Source: Auanema rhodensis | Taxonomy: Eukaryota; Animalia; Nematoda | Assembly (NCBI GenBank): GCA_964057225.1 | Contig: OZ059900.1 | Coordinates: 10,354,001-10,418,000, forward strand | Length of the DNA: 64,000 nucleotides | Direction of reading: 5' to 3' | Shown here: in pieces, positions 1-14,100 of the stretch | Layout of the letters: every line of letters starts with the position of its first letter | Numbering within the stretch: position 1 is the stretch's first letter | Notes under the pieces: model-generated | What the model saw: the letters and a program-made list of their open reading frames with translations, nothing else | Databases searched by the model: none | What the model was told of the DNA's origin: nothing | Made by a program: the position numbers and the translations under genes

Positions 1-2379
1 GTGTGTCGTTGTATTGTTTAGTTTTTCTGATTATACAAGTATAATAGTTTCTGTTAGTTTTGTATATATATATGTATATATATACTAACTATTATCAAAC
101 ATTTTGTGACTTTTTGATGGCATTGATTTACAATTTAACCATTTTTATGGCTAATGTTATACTGTAGTTCGTGAAAGTTGCTCATACTATTAATGTATTG
201 TTCTTCGCTTTCTAACGTCATCAATACTAACAATACAGCAAATACCGTCATGACGACTAATATTTTCAATTCATCTCTTTATTATATTAATTGATAAGAT
301 GATAAATCATTATTTTAAATATATTGTAATCTATATCTTTTGTGTTCAAGTTGCTCCATCATAGCCTATGATGGTTATGCAAGATTTTCGATTAAAATTT
401 GTTGAATATTTCAATACTGATTATAATAATAAGCGATATTTCATATTCTGATAAGATATTGCAATGTTATCACTGGCACATGATGTCCTTTTCTTTTCTT
501 TTTTACAAAAAAAGCTGATGTCATGCACTGCTTGTAGGTTTGGCCACCGAATAGCCATTTTGAATAGTGCTATCTGTGAATATAGATAAAAAAGCAAGGT
601 GACAGCATTGGGAAAGTGAATGTACGAAACAGATAGGGACGACAACCGAGATGACAGAGAGAGATAACCAGCTTATATGATACATAGAGTGATAGAATGA
701 GAAGCGAGAAACACTGCAATATAATGAATGAACTGCTTTCATGCATGTTGTTTGTTAAGAGCTTCTCTTGCTCTAAAGCAAGCATATCTAGCCACACAGT
801 TGCCTTTGAACGATTAGAGCTGATTGAGCCTAGAGCAATTTGATAAGCCATGCTACATCAAAATCTGAAAGCACCCCTCCCCCCCCCCTTTATTCTGTAA
901 TCGCTGATATATTACTGATATTGCTTCGGACTATTTAATAGGCATAGCAATTCATTAAGCTTCTTTAAAACAGAGACAAATGCAGCTAGCTTATTGAGTA
1001 AAAATGCCTTTATACGAAAATTAGCAGTTGTGACATATCTCATATCCTGCAATAGCAGAACAGCTTTACCTATCATATCTTCTCTCTATACCCCTCTCTC
1101 TCTCAATTTCTCTTCCTCTCCCTCTCACCTTCATATTTTCTAACACTTACAGTCACAGAGAATCCAAAGGACAAACCTCAACATTCATCACTGAAAGTGT
1201 CTCATATCAATCTTATAGCCAATTAAAAATATTTTCAAGTCATTTTGACCCAACCCAACTACATGAAACGTGTCATTATCATCATTAAAGCCGCAAAATT
1301 GTTTTATATCTTTTAATATTACCGCCAATCAAGCTTTTATTCTATACCAATTTTTCAAGCAATATGCACATGTTTCTAAAAAAAAGTATTGTTCAAATGA
1401 AATCAAACTTGTTCTATCACTTTGCTTTAATCTAATTTTCAGACCAAGATCAAAAAACTTGGTTTCAAACTTTTAATCACTTTACATACTGTGATAGTTA
1501 TAATGATATCATTACTTAATTGTCGATAAAATTAAAATATTTTTACATTTTTGAAGACAAAGTTTTTAGTTTATTATGTTAGCTCTGCTTTTTCATAAAA
1601 TCAAAATATGCTTTACATTCAAAAACTTATTTTACCTTATTTATATTTTAGATTCGTATAATTATTCATCAATAACTTTAATATGATATAATTATCTATT
1701 TTGTCATTAATATTATAAATATTCTAGTTACTCACAAATGAACGGTATACTTGTGTGTGGTAGAAATTTGAACTGGCTACCAAACAACAATGATAATCTG
1801 TGCTTTGATAATTCAAGTAAATGCGATTTTGGCTTAGAAGATGTATTCACCAACGATAAGGTATTCCATTTTACGTTCTATTTTAACTATACGTATACAC
1901 AATAATATATAGAAATTTATATTTTCTTCAATATCAAATCATAAGCATCACTTGCTTATGAAATAGATTAAGAGGTATTGATAATAAAATAACAAAAAAC
2001 TTGATGAATGAAACAACACATCTGACTTTGGAAAAAGAGACACAATATTCTTTCTTTTCTTTTTTTTTCGTTTTTTCATCTTTCCATTTGTCAAGCTGAT
2101 GAAATCTTGATTTTACTTTTTTGCTTCCAAAGCCGAAATTCGACAACGAACTATAGCATTATTATGTTCTTGCTGCTTTATAACCCCATTCATTTTTATT
2201 CGAATACAACATCTTCGTTCTTCCGCACCTAGATGCCCTTGAAGAAAATCTTATTTGAAATCTTATATACAGTCCTCATTTTCACTTTTGACATACACCA
2301 ACTTGATCAGAGGAGCTGACCAGCACGACGAAAGAGAAAATGATTGAGACGAATGCAAGTGGTCAACTGAAAAGGAAAA

Positions 2380-2560
2380 TCGTAGCGAAAGTGAATGAGG
2401 GAGGGCGTCGCGCGCATACTTTCCCATATGTGATTGGCCGCAAATCGCGTCGGAGGCCCCCGTTAGCCCACCTAAAGACCCATATATCCCACCATTTCTT
2501 CTCGCCCTTCTCCTCCACATTGTCTCGGCCTCTCTCAGCCGTTTCCAAAGTGTCTCGAAC
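2380..2560. promoter_or_regulatory. GC/CpG-rich promoter-like island upstream of ets-4
   Basis: Sharp local GC rise (GGGCGTCGCGCGC, CAAATCGCGTCGGAGGCCCCCG) with an inverted CCAAT (GATTGG) in an AT-rich background. There is no spliceable coding signal. Confidence 0.4.
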
Positions 2561-4528
2561 CTATTTTCCATTTCGTCTTGCAAATATTCGTTTCTCTTTC
2601 GTTTTCATTTTTTAGTTGACAGTCGTATTTCCTATAGTTCAACTATTTACTAGTAACTTACAGCAAAATTTGATTTCTTACCTGTTTCTTAGAAAACAAA
2701 AATAAAATTTTCATTCAATTTGTAATAAAATAAACAAAATGAGTGAAAGTAATCGAACAGAAAGAGAGATACAAATCGCGATTTTGATTTTTACTAATTA
2801 ATTTCTTCATTTCTCTTTCAGTTTAATTTATACGTTTATTTCTTCTGAATGTGAATTAAAAAGTATTACTTTTACTTCAATCCTTATCCAAATATCCAGT
2901 TTACGATATATAGCTAATCGCTTTTCTTGAGTAGTTTCCCTTTCTTAGTCATAAGTCGCTTTTTATTTTCATCTTCTCATTCGAATGAAAATGAACTGAC
3001 CACCAACTAACAATAAGGAGGTCGGAGAGTCCAGAGGTGGTTCATTTGGGGTAATTTCCAAATCGTATTAGACAGTAATACGAGAACGTCGAAAGCAAAT
3101 TCAATTTCAACCTTACTTTCACTAGCACAAGTATTATTGCTATCAAACTCTCTCTCTCTCTTTTTTTCTCTTTCTCTTTTTGAACCAACCCCGTGGCCCC
3201 TTTTACTCTTGTTCATTATTCACTTCTGTAAAACATCTCTACCGTATCAGTGTATTGTCAAATATGCAAGGAATATTTAGCAGCAATCGCCACTCTATTT
3301 TGTCACATTTTCACCATTTTTTTGATTATTGCATCTTATTACATTCACGTGGTCAGGCATTAATCATGTGTTTTTTTTTCTTATCTTCCATTTTTCTCAT
3401 GAATTTTCTCTCATTTTACTGATTATATGCATCTTGCATACGAATACTATTTATGACATGTGTTTATCACTCAGCTGTAATGCAAATCACTCAACCATTA
3501 CATTCTTATCAATAATTTGCGGTTTGAGTTTAGCTTTAAACACATAAAATGTGTATTCTTACTTTTTTCCCAAAATCTGTATTATTATTCTTTCATTCTG
3601 ATATGAATCATATAATTCATTTTTGCTCAAACTGTGATGCAACAATTAACAGTTTCATAGATAATATGCTTGAGGGCTCTCATTTACAACCTACTACAGT
3701 GTGGTCATATTTGTCTGATTCTGATATTGCTGTGTAGAAAAGCTACTGCTGTTGCTATTGTGTTGCGATACTTGCATATCAACTGTTCATAATGCTTTTC
3801 TTCTGCTAGTGAAAGATACGAAGTCTTTATCAACAGTTTTTTTCGGTTTAAGACCGAATAATTGCCAATAAAACCCCTAAAATACAATGTTCTCTACGAA
3901 ATGAACATTGCAGCAAACCTTAAGAAGCAGTTTGAAAGCTAGCAGATAATGAAGAAAACTGAAAACAATCTAGAGAAAATGAAGGAATGCGAATGAGATC
4001 TCTTTCTCTGTTAATGAATAAGCAGATTATTGATAAGAGATAAATAGACAGAAAAAGAGAGAAATAGAAAGATAGAGAGAGGAAAAGATTGTTCATTCCA
4101 CATATAAATATGGATAATCTGACAGACAATAAAGTATTAATCCTTCTTAAATTTTATTATATTCAACGCTATGAATCTTCCAGAAAAAATTCATAGGTGT
4201 AATAAAAGTGAACACATACTATGTGTACAATCTTATACTTAATGAGAAAATTTGTGTGAAACTTCTTAGTTTTTCACAGCATTCTCGATCAAATTAACAA
4301 ACAAAATGCTCTGAAGTACTTCACGCGCAAGACAGAAACATGAACTATAAATCTAACTGATTGTTACTCAGATTTCTGAATTCACGATTCAAATTCAAAT
4401 TATATCATATGAAATACAATCAATTACTTGTGTGTGTGTGTGTAAACCAAAGCTAACAAGTGTATAATTTAGTTTCAGTTGTTGAATATCTGATTATTAA
4501 CTATTAATATATTTATTTATATATATTA

Positions 4529-4531
<3 letters not shown>

Positions 4532-4564
<33 letters not shown>
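4532..4564. repeat. (TA)n microsatellite
   Basis: Uninterrupted TA run seen directly. Confidence 0.95.
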
Positions 4565-4567
<3 letters not shown>

Positions 4568-4957
4568 ATATTCCCATATATCACTTATATAGAAAATCTT
4601 ATAATTCATTATACTTGCAAACATTATTGGATATTCCCCTTCTCTTAATCTCTTTTTTTCCATTTTTCTAAGAAAAATTCCTCATTTAACATTCAAAATT
4701 TATATAAATATTAAACTAACTATATAGAAATATGTTAAGAAAAATTATGAAAAAAAAAAGAAAAATTGATTTATAATCTATATTTTTTCTTGAAATAATA
4801 ATTAATTGGCATAAATTCTATTATCAAATAAGTTTTGAATGAAGCTGTTAGTTCACTGTTTTCTTCTTTCAAACGCTTTTTTTGTTATTCATTTCTGACA
4901 CACGTAGTTAATTTAAATATATTTATATTATAGATATTCCCTCATGGCCTGGATTCT

Positions 4958-7282
4958 ATGAAACATAACAAAATTGTTGAATCAAACAACATCGAACAAG
5001 AACATCTTATGCCGAAAATTGATAAAGTAAGCTATCTAATAATCAGTAATTGTCTCTTATATCGTTAAAATTTTGTACAATAGTGACGGTTTTCACCAAA
5101 ATATTTGCAGGACATCAACCGCAATATGCGCTTCAACTTTTCTACAGCCGTCAACGGTGGCTATTTGAAGACAGAAGTAACTGAAAGTGAGTTTCATCTT
5201 CAGTTATTGAAGCTATTTCAACATTGAACTCTCATAGAAATCAATCATTTGTCGCTATTCTCAGCTCATAAAATATTTTTTTCTCTATAAAAATGCCAAA
5301 AAACAGCACAGAATACAGGCAATTGTCCTACTTAGTATTAATACTTCTCATAATACCTCTTCGATATTGTACCTTCAATTTCATTACTCTTCAATTACAT
5401 CCATATAATCATTTCGTCTTCAGACGGTTTCTCCTCTCAAGAACATTTTCCTGCAAACTGCTCTTCTCCTAACCAACAATCACCTCAACAACCAAAAATG
5501 ATGACCAACAGCTGTCAGAATCCTTCTATTGCTGCAGCTGTTCCTGCAAGAAGAGATCAACGCATGGATGTCTATCGGTAAGCCTTTCAAGTATTAGTTT
5601 TACTCTTAGATTTCTATGAAAAAATTTTGCACTATTATCTTGTCCAATTGTTCATATATAACGATTTTCAGTGACCTCATCTTGCATCATCTTATTCAGG
5701 ATATCAGTAATACGTGTGAGAAGCTAGGCTTGCCAACAGGTTTGTTCATTTGATTTATGATATTTCTTTTTAATCTGCGTAATAAACGAAATTTGATTGC
5801 TTTCAATTAAGAAATCAAGCCATATGTGGCTACTATGTATTGAGATAAGATGATGAACTTTGTAATTAGAAGCTCATAATTTGATTAAAACTAAATTAAT
5901 GATAAATTGAATGATGATTAATAAATGAAATAATAATTTATATAACTATAAGATAATATTACTTTTAGATCCATATGCCTGGAGTACTGAGCATGTTGCT
6001 AAATGGATTCGAGAGATGTGTCAGCAATTTTCTTTGACTTTGCCAAAAAATTGTTATTTTACTGGTCGCATACTGCTCCAGATGTCTCAAAGAGACTTTG
6101 AAGCATGGGCTCCAGAAGGTGGTGACACCATCTATGCCCAGTTGCAATTATGGAAAACAGGTATAGTAGATAACTATATTTATTACAAAACAATTCCAAA
6201 TCAATAGTTAGCTCTGAATTAGCAAGCCAACCTACCGTCAATAACATCAAATTTGAAAAATAAATAGTTAACGTGATTCTTATTTCAGCTTTTGAATCAT
6301 ATCATCATGCACATCAGACACCAATCAATCCTCCATCCCAACAAAACGAAGTGGAAAACATTGTTGAGAGAAACAATTGGGTAATTATCAGAAAATCCTA
6401 TTATATCAATTCTGCTGATGACTTTTAGCAGACGCAACCTACCACCAACGTTAAAGACACTATGATGAATGGCAACTTTGACAACAGTCCCATCTACTCG
6501 AATCCGCAGTCAATTCCATATAATAAGACAAATAGCCCAACACAGCTACAGGAATCGCCGGTTTTCTTCAATTCCAACATGTTATCGCCCAGTAGCAGTG
6601 ATATGAGCAGTTCGGCTAGTATTACTGATAGTATGCAAAATGTTGTTATGAACAAACTTATTTATTATTATTTTAGTGGGAGATGATGATAACATTGACT
6701 TGGGCTTGTTCAACATTCAACGACCTGATATGCCATTTGGAAATTGTGCTAATGGAGTTCCAATGAATGAGTATGTTACTAATTACTTATTATTTTTATT
6801 CATATTGATAATAATTTTAATGTTTGTATGTCAATATTTATTTCAGAGACGATAAGCCATCATCCTATTCAAGACACACTGGAACTGTTCATCTTTGGCA
6901 TTTCATTCGTGAGCTCTTAGATCATCCAAAGCAATATGGTTCATGTGTTCGCTGGGTTGACAGAGAAGAAGGTAAGACATCCGTGATTTCATTGTGCTTA
7001 TATTTAGCATTTTAATATAAACTCCATTTAAATCTATATCATATTTCTTAGGTACTTTCAAAATTGAGTCATCTCATCATCTTGCAAGATTCTGGGGTCA
7101 ACGTAAAAATCGCAGCCAGATGAATTACGATAAACTGTCCAGAAGTCTGCGACAGTATTATAAAAAAGGTTACATAGAAATACTTATTTCATATCTTAAC
7201 TATTAATTTTATAGGAATTATTCAAAAACCGGAAAAGAAGCAGCGTTTGGTATACAAGTTTTTACCTCCCTACAACTTGTAA
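4958..7282 (+). CDS. ets-4: ETS transcription factor with PNT/SAM domain (SPDEF/ETS-4 class), multi-exon
   Basis: Spliced exons give a PNT domain (DLILHHLIQDISNTCEKLGLPTDPYAWSTEHVAKWIREMCQQF...GDTIYAQLQLWKT) and an ETS domain (VHLWHFIRELLDHPKQYGSCVRWVDREEGTFKIESSHHLARFWGQRKNRSQMNYDKLSRSLRQYYKKGIIQKPEKKQRLVYKF), with stop TAA at 7280-7282. The start is uncertain: the exon at 4934 is open from its acceptor, and an upstream coding exon with ATG at 3666 (MLEGSHLQPTT) is possible. Confidence 0.92.
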
Positions 7283-8273
7283 ATATTTTCAAAACTAGTG
7301 AGATATACCTAAATGAAAGCCAATACGTTTAATTTGTTGAACATAATGTCTTTAAAACGACATCATTCTCATATTGAACGTAGTGAAAGGGCCGCAATCA
7401 GTGCAATATGTTGGGCAAATCGATTTGCCTTATAGTTTATTTCTCTCTAATCATCTCTCCCTCCTTTTTTACTATAACTTTTAATAAATACTTGTTTTTT
7501 CCCCCAAAAAAGTTGAATATTCAATCAATATTCAACGTTGTAGTCCATGAACATATTTGTAGTCAATATTCATTATTCCATTCAAAGCATTACCCTAACA
7601 ACTGCCTCATAGAATATTTCAATTTATTTCATTTATTTTCAAACATTGCCTATTATATTTTGCTTTCGATAACTTGAAACATGTTTTCTCCATACTACAC
7701 ACGAGTCACATACCGTTCTTGTTCAGCTTTTAACTTGCCGTTTTGTTTTTATTTCGGATTATCCTATGCCTTAACCCTAATAACTATCCGAAAATTATAT
7801 GTTTTTGTACATAACCCAATTATACATATGATAATCCTATATTACGTTCTCATTACTCTTTATACTGCTGTACTGTAACTGATTAATTTTTATATTAATC
7901 AATATTCTATATTGAAGACAGTTGTTGCTTTGAATATATCTTCTGCCCTATTCTCCCCCCTCCTTACCTCTTTTCCCTTTCTCTGCCTTTCCACCTACCT
8001 TCTTTACCATTCCTATTTCTTCTTCCATACATGTCAGTATTAGACATGGCATCTTTCACTATATCTGATTGTGATATACTATATGTATTGTTCGTTATAG
8101 AACATATTCAAAATATTTTTTTCCTCTATCTCTATTGTTTTTTTCTTTTCTTCAAAAATCGTTTTGCTTTCTATTTGCTATCTTTTCTTCTACAGCTCAT
8201 ACACATATACACTATTCTTAATTTTTAACTAAAATATGCGTATGTACATAGATTATGTAAATTATACACAAAC

Positions 8274-8299
<26 letters not shown>
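8274..8299. repeat. (AT)n microsatellite
   Basis: Uninterrupted AT run seen directly. Confidence 0.9.
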
Positions 8300-8304
<5 letters not shown>

Positions 8305-9320
8305 TTTACTATATATCCAAGTAATATATAAATACATATGTATGTCAGAATGTAATAATATAGTTTTAGTTATATTTTGCTTTTTTCTGATATCACCATG
8401 TATTATTTAATGAAAATTATATTGAAATATTGTTTTCTATTATACAACTTATACAATGTGGTACTTCTAGCCTGTCTACACAGGTTATTTCCAGACAACT
8501 TTAGAGCCTTGAACATCCTTCCTATGTCCCTCTTAATCCGAATTTGGAATATGTCACGTTCTTGGTTAGGCAAATAACAATAATTTCAATTCAATCAATA
8601 CAACAATGAATGTAGCTAAATATTTTTTCCTGTCTACTGATGAATTATATTGAGTTTTTTTTTATTTTCAGACGAGCTTTCATCTAACTTTAGATATTTC
8701 TGGAATTAATTATCAAGTATGTGATGCTTATGTGACAGATAGTAGGAGAACGGAGACCGGCCGGAAGTTTTTGCCTACATCCGAGTAAATCTATAATTTA
8801 TGCTTTTTCGTCGATGAATATTCTATGTGTGTGTACCAATTACTACTATGCGATACATATCAAATAGTTTAATGTTCAATTAAGATTAATATAAGTCTGA
8901 TTAAATAAAATTTAAAATTTAAAAAAATGTGCTGGAATACAAAAAAAAAGATAAAACATGGATGTTATTCCAGTGTTAAAATCATTACTACTTCACAATA
9001 AATAGGATATAAATATAAATATTGAAAAAAGTAATATGATGTGCATGATGTTATCAACAATAATATGCTTGTAACTAATTCTCCAGATATTGATTGAATT
9101 AGTTTTATATTTATAATCTCTTGTTGGTGGTGTTGTTGTTGTTATTGTTGTTATTATTATTTATATTATTGTTATTCTTTCAATGTTTTAAAATAAATGC
9201 TCGAAGAGATACTGAGCGTTCGATTAACATTGATTTTGAGGTGTGGATGAAACGGTAATGGCTAGGGAGGCAGAAGAACTTTCAACGTTGTGAGGATTGA
9301 CAATAAAGTGTGCGCAGTAC

Positions 9321-11105
9321 TCAATGGTCCGAGTCGTCCGTACGATACAGGGAATCGCTATCACTACTTCGTGACATGGCATCTGAAATAAAAATATTGT
9401 GCCCTATAAGTATTAAAATCCAATATCGCTATTTATTTCACTTTGCTGACCAAAAATTAAATCAAATGAGCGGAAAAGTGATGAAAAAAATGTCTGTTGA
9501 TAGAACAATCATAAAAAATTGTCTTTACCTTCATTACTGATTTTCTTATCGCGTATACGTCTATTGCCAAACCAATTAGACACCTGAAATCAGTAATTTC
9601 ATCTAGTAAGCGTTATGCATGAAGGAGGAATTATTTGAAAATACCTGTTGAATAGTTATATTACATTTCTTAGCAAGCATAGCTTTTTCATTATCATTCG
9701 GATAAGGATGATCCTGGTGAGTGTTGTAATATTTGTGTAAGGTATCTAATGCTTCTTTTCCAAAATTTCGTCTTTTCTTTCTAAAAACAATAATGATAAT
9801 TAAAAGGTATATATTTATAAATTGATGACGCAATACAGAATATACTATTAATAACATAAGAAAGGTTATTAGACCTTCCATCGCTTCTATATTCAAAGTG
9901 CACAATACTTGATTGCTTAGCTTGCTCATTGGTATTTCATCAATGCTTACTTCCTTGTATAATGTTATATTCACCTTGTTTCAGCTGATTTTGTTTTAAC
10001 TAATATCAATTCATTGATCAGATGTTGACGAACTTCATTCTGAGCATGGCTATACCGGATCATAATTGTAGATTTAGCCATATCAAAATCCTAAGTAGAA
10101 CAAGTAGTAACAGTGACGTAAACATTTTTCAAAGGACGTACTCTCTCATCAATCGGAACATATTTCATCTGTTTCTTCAGCACATTTGCCATATTGTCTA
10201 ATGTTCCTTGAGCATGCTAAATATGGAAAGCTTAATAAATAAGTTGGACAAGTGGAAATAGCATATGAAAACTGCAAAACTGTACCATATTCAGTTCATT
10301 ATCATGTTTTTTAATTTCTTCTATCTTTTGATTTAATATATTTTTATAGTTTTCCTCGAGATTTATCAGGTCTTCATCTTTTTTCCCGTCAGAAGAAAAT
10401 TGTGGTCCAGAGTACATTAAACTTTTTTCCTGAAATAAATCATTTAGTTATATTCAATGCAAAACTAATTATTTTTATCTGCTCAGTTGAGATTTTTACA
10501 TATTTTTGCGATTTCGCTCCCAAAACCTAATTGAAAACTCCTGATAGTAGTCGATGACTTTGCAATTTCTTAAGATATTATTTCTAATAAAAGTATATGT
10601 CTAGCTTTCACTGTGTAAGTTATGCTATCTAGTTCGTTTTTTATTTTCTCATCCCATATAAGTTTTTATTTGAAGATTGCCATCAAATATTTTGATAAAA
10701 AAATAAATTACCAATGAATCTCTTGCTCGATTACATTCTTCCATATGAAATATATTGAATGCTTGAATTTGTTGTCCTAGAAAATGAAAAAATGAATGAA
10801 TATGACAATTCAATTCGATAGTAAGTAACAACTTTTTAAAACTTATAAAGAAAACTAACTTTCTTTATACTTGAGATCAAGGAAAACGTCATGTAATGCA
10901 TCACGATAACGACTAGATATGAGAGTTTCACTGAAAAAATATCAAAAAGTTCATTTTAAAATCTGATCACATCGAGATAAAACAGAAAATGTGCGTATAA
11001 TCTGCCAATGACACGTATGTTTATCACGCACCCAATCTTATGATTTGCTGGCAATTCACTAGTGTTGACAATGGACTTTATTTGATCTTTCCAGTATGCC
11101 AGCAT
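9321..11105 (-). CDS. ceh-60: PBX-class TALE homeodomain protein (divergent, CEH-60-like)
   Basis: Exons splice to a PBC-like N-terminus (SRYRDALHDVFLDLKYK...ANVLKKQMKYVPID) and a TALE homeodomain KKRRNFGKEALDTLHKYYNTHQDHPYPNDNEKAMLAKKCNITIQQ|VSNWFGNRRIRDKK (PYP insertion, WFGN). Stop TGA is at 9321-9323. PBX class is secure. The ceh-60 name is inferred from divergence and adjacency to ets-4. Confidence 0.8.
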
Positions 11106-14100
11106 ATTTCCCTTCACTAATTAATTAGTTGTTGTTATTTATTCTAAAATATGAAACTAAAGTATATGAATTTCTAATTAACAATCAACACGATCGGTTT
11201 TATTGTGAAACGAAGGATAGAGGATAAGACTTGAAGAGAATATTAGAAATATAGTTAAGACTTATTATTATAATTTAATAAAATGAAATTTGCATAAATT
11301 GTGTTATCATATAAAGACATATAGGATAAAAAGTTGTAATCGTAAGCTGTTTTTTTTTCTTCAAGATAATGCATGAGACGATCCAATTGAAATGATCTTA
11401 AATAGCTATTTGTGCTTGATAACCTTATATAATTACGATGAAATACTAAAAAAAATATCTAAAACGTCTTCTAGTTGAAGAGCTCTGTTATCTGTGTTGA
11501 TTACAAAAATATAAAACTTTTGAAACAGATCGATATAGTTTTCAGTTATTTTTTTTTATTCCTAATGTGGCTCTTATCTGAGAGAATGAATGTTGAGAGG
11601 GTAATGCGTTGCAAATAGGTACCTTACTGCATGATATAATGCAATGGAATACTCCTTTAAGCTTTGGGAAATAAAAAAATATGCTAAAGAATAACAAAAC
11701 ATTACGTTCCATAAGGTTTTATACGATATAAGTGAAATGTGTACAAAATTTTTGAAATAAATATAAAAACGAAAGAAGGTTTGCTTCACCATGGATATAG
11801 ACGACAACTAAGTGCGAACACTAAGCAACGTCTAAATGATTATCGTAGAGATTGAAGTAATTCAATTTACTGGCCTCAGAAAGTGTTTGAGAAAAGAGAT
11901 TAAAGAAAGAGAGAGAAAGAAAGCGAGAGGAAGTGAGTGGTTATGAAATAAGAAGGATTAGCGGTATCCATCTAAAAGATAGAATAAGAAAAGCGAGAGA
12001 GGGAGCAATATCCCCTTTTAACAAACATAGACTGATTGACTGACTTTGAGAATCTAAAGCCTATGTCAAGCATACTGTCTCTATAAAGGTCAATAATCCT
12101 TATGTAAATATGAACACATCAAGTCAGATATGTGCGTTTGACATGTCTCCTCAGATTTATCCGTTTTCTTCGTTTTTATATCTTTAGCAATAAACATATT
12201 GTATAAATATACAAAAAAAGAAAGGAATGAAGATAGTAACCATCGTTATAGCTTCTTAGCTACCATTTCTAGACAAACATCAACTCTTTTAAACACTCAC
12301 TAGAGTTTGTATGTACATTCATCAATGAGAGATAAGATTATCCTATTAATAAGTTTTGATTGACACACAGGAAGCTAGAAGAAAAATAGATTAAAGAAAA
12401 AAATCTTCAACTTATTTAAATAATAAAAAAACAAAGATAATGTATATTTTTTGAAGGTAATTGTGCGAAGAAAACGAAACAAAAATAAAATATTTTACAA
12501 TAACTAAACTGCTTTAGACTTTCCGAACTTAAAATCTTGACAAAAAATATAAGAATATAGTTAGTTATATTGGATCAATGTTGAGAATGTAGTCTTTTTT
12601 TCGAATAATTTTATGGTGTACACAAAACAGTCTCTTATCAAATCATATAGATTTTATTTGAAAGTATCTCCACATCATCTTTCTACTTACTCTGGTAATA
12701 TTCCCCACATTTTTAAAAAAAATATTCATATTCAGAGAGGATTTCATCATTCAAACATACTCATTAGTTTTTATCAAATATAAGATTACATATCAAAAAG
12801 TTTTTTCTCGAATTTGCTCATTATTGTGTCATCAAAAATTGTAATGTTTCATTTTGGATTGATTGCAGATTTATAATTGCTTATTTGGAATAGTTAAATT
12901 ATTAAATCTCAAACCTAATTGAGGAAGTCACTCTCTGTCTGTTTCTCAATCTCTCACGACAGCACACTTTCCTGCTTCAAATGAGATACGTCATAATTTA
13001 TTAGTCAATTCTCTGAACTTATCACTTTCAATTGTTCTCAACTCTAATTATATGTGGGCACTATACACTATAAGCATCAACGAACTATAGTAAAAGACAT
13101 ATTAAGGAAGTATACAGCATCTACCATAATATTATACCATATGATGTATCTAGACTATATGAATATAGTTGTCTATAATCATATAGTAGACAAATTCATC
13201 TTTGGTTGATAACTAGTTCTAATTATAGTTGAAGTTTGAACATTATCAACATTTCAAGTTTTAATTAAAATTTAGGCTTAATTCTAAAAATTGATTATTT
13301 CAACTATACTCCACCCATCGATAAATAGTCATTTTCAAATCTCATACAATGTTTCAGATTTGAAAATCTGCTGTTAAGTAGTTTAAAATTCATCAAATTC
13401 AATTATAAATTGATGTTAGAGATGAAATATCTAATAATAATCCAGAAACTTCCTTATGGAATAGCCCATATATGACGTATTGCAGCGTTAATCGACTGCT
13501 ATCACGTAGATAAACTAGGCAATGCTCAAGTTTTAATGATTTTCAATAAACTTCTCTCTTATACGACAATGCATTCGTCATGATACTACAAGCTCGATAG
13601 TATTCATAATACAATGTCACATGTAGCTCATTGAACGGAAACTAAAGAAGTTCCTCATTGACATTAATGCTAGGGACAATGACGTATGTAACTATTTTGA
13701 ATTCTTCTATAGTTAGTATAAGTAAATCTTACACGGTAAACAGTAACAAATAGCTATTTTTAAATTGTATAATTGAATTGAATGTAAAACTAAATGCTAA
13801 TATAGTATATGATTGCAACAATTTGAGATAAATCTCGCAAAAATGATTCAAAATCAATGTTTTCTTTATAGAAATTCAAATTTTCAACAAAATATTTATA
13901 TCAATCTTGAACGCAAGGTCTAATTTTTTGTTTACAATGCATAACTATATCAATAATCTTACTTGTTCGGTGCAATCGTACACACTCAAAATGGTCTTTG
14001 AAAGCTATATGACGTCCACTTCCCGCCTAATTTGAACTTTCATTAAAATAGATTAAAATGCTTATTAAAATGCTGTTTTCAAATGAATCCAGAGTTTCAT

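Noticed and set aside
2263-2615. Overlapping ORFs of 61-106 aa on both strands
   Set aside because: No recognisable domain or splice structure; explained by the GC-rich promoter-like island having few stop codons.
8471-8790. Exon-like segments (SLEHPSYVPLNPNLEYVTFL; TSFHLTLDISG...PTSE) and a CCGGAAGT ETS site at 8761 between ets-4 and the PBX gene
   Set aside because: I could not build a coherent model with a start codon; other phase combinations hit stops. A single ETS site is weak evidence.
9224-9382. Alternative 52-codon frame (MPCHEVV...) beginning at the last acceptor of the PBX gene
   Set aside because: Both candidate upstream donors are phase 1, which selects the DAMSRSS...DH frame. 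There is no independent support for the other frame.
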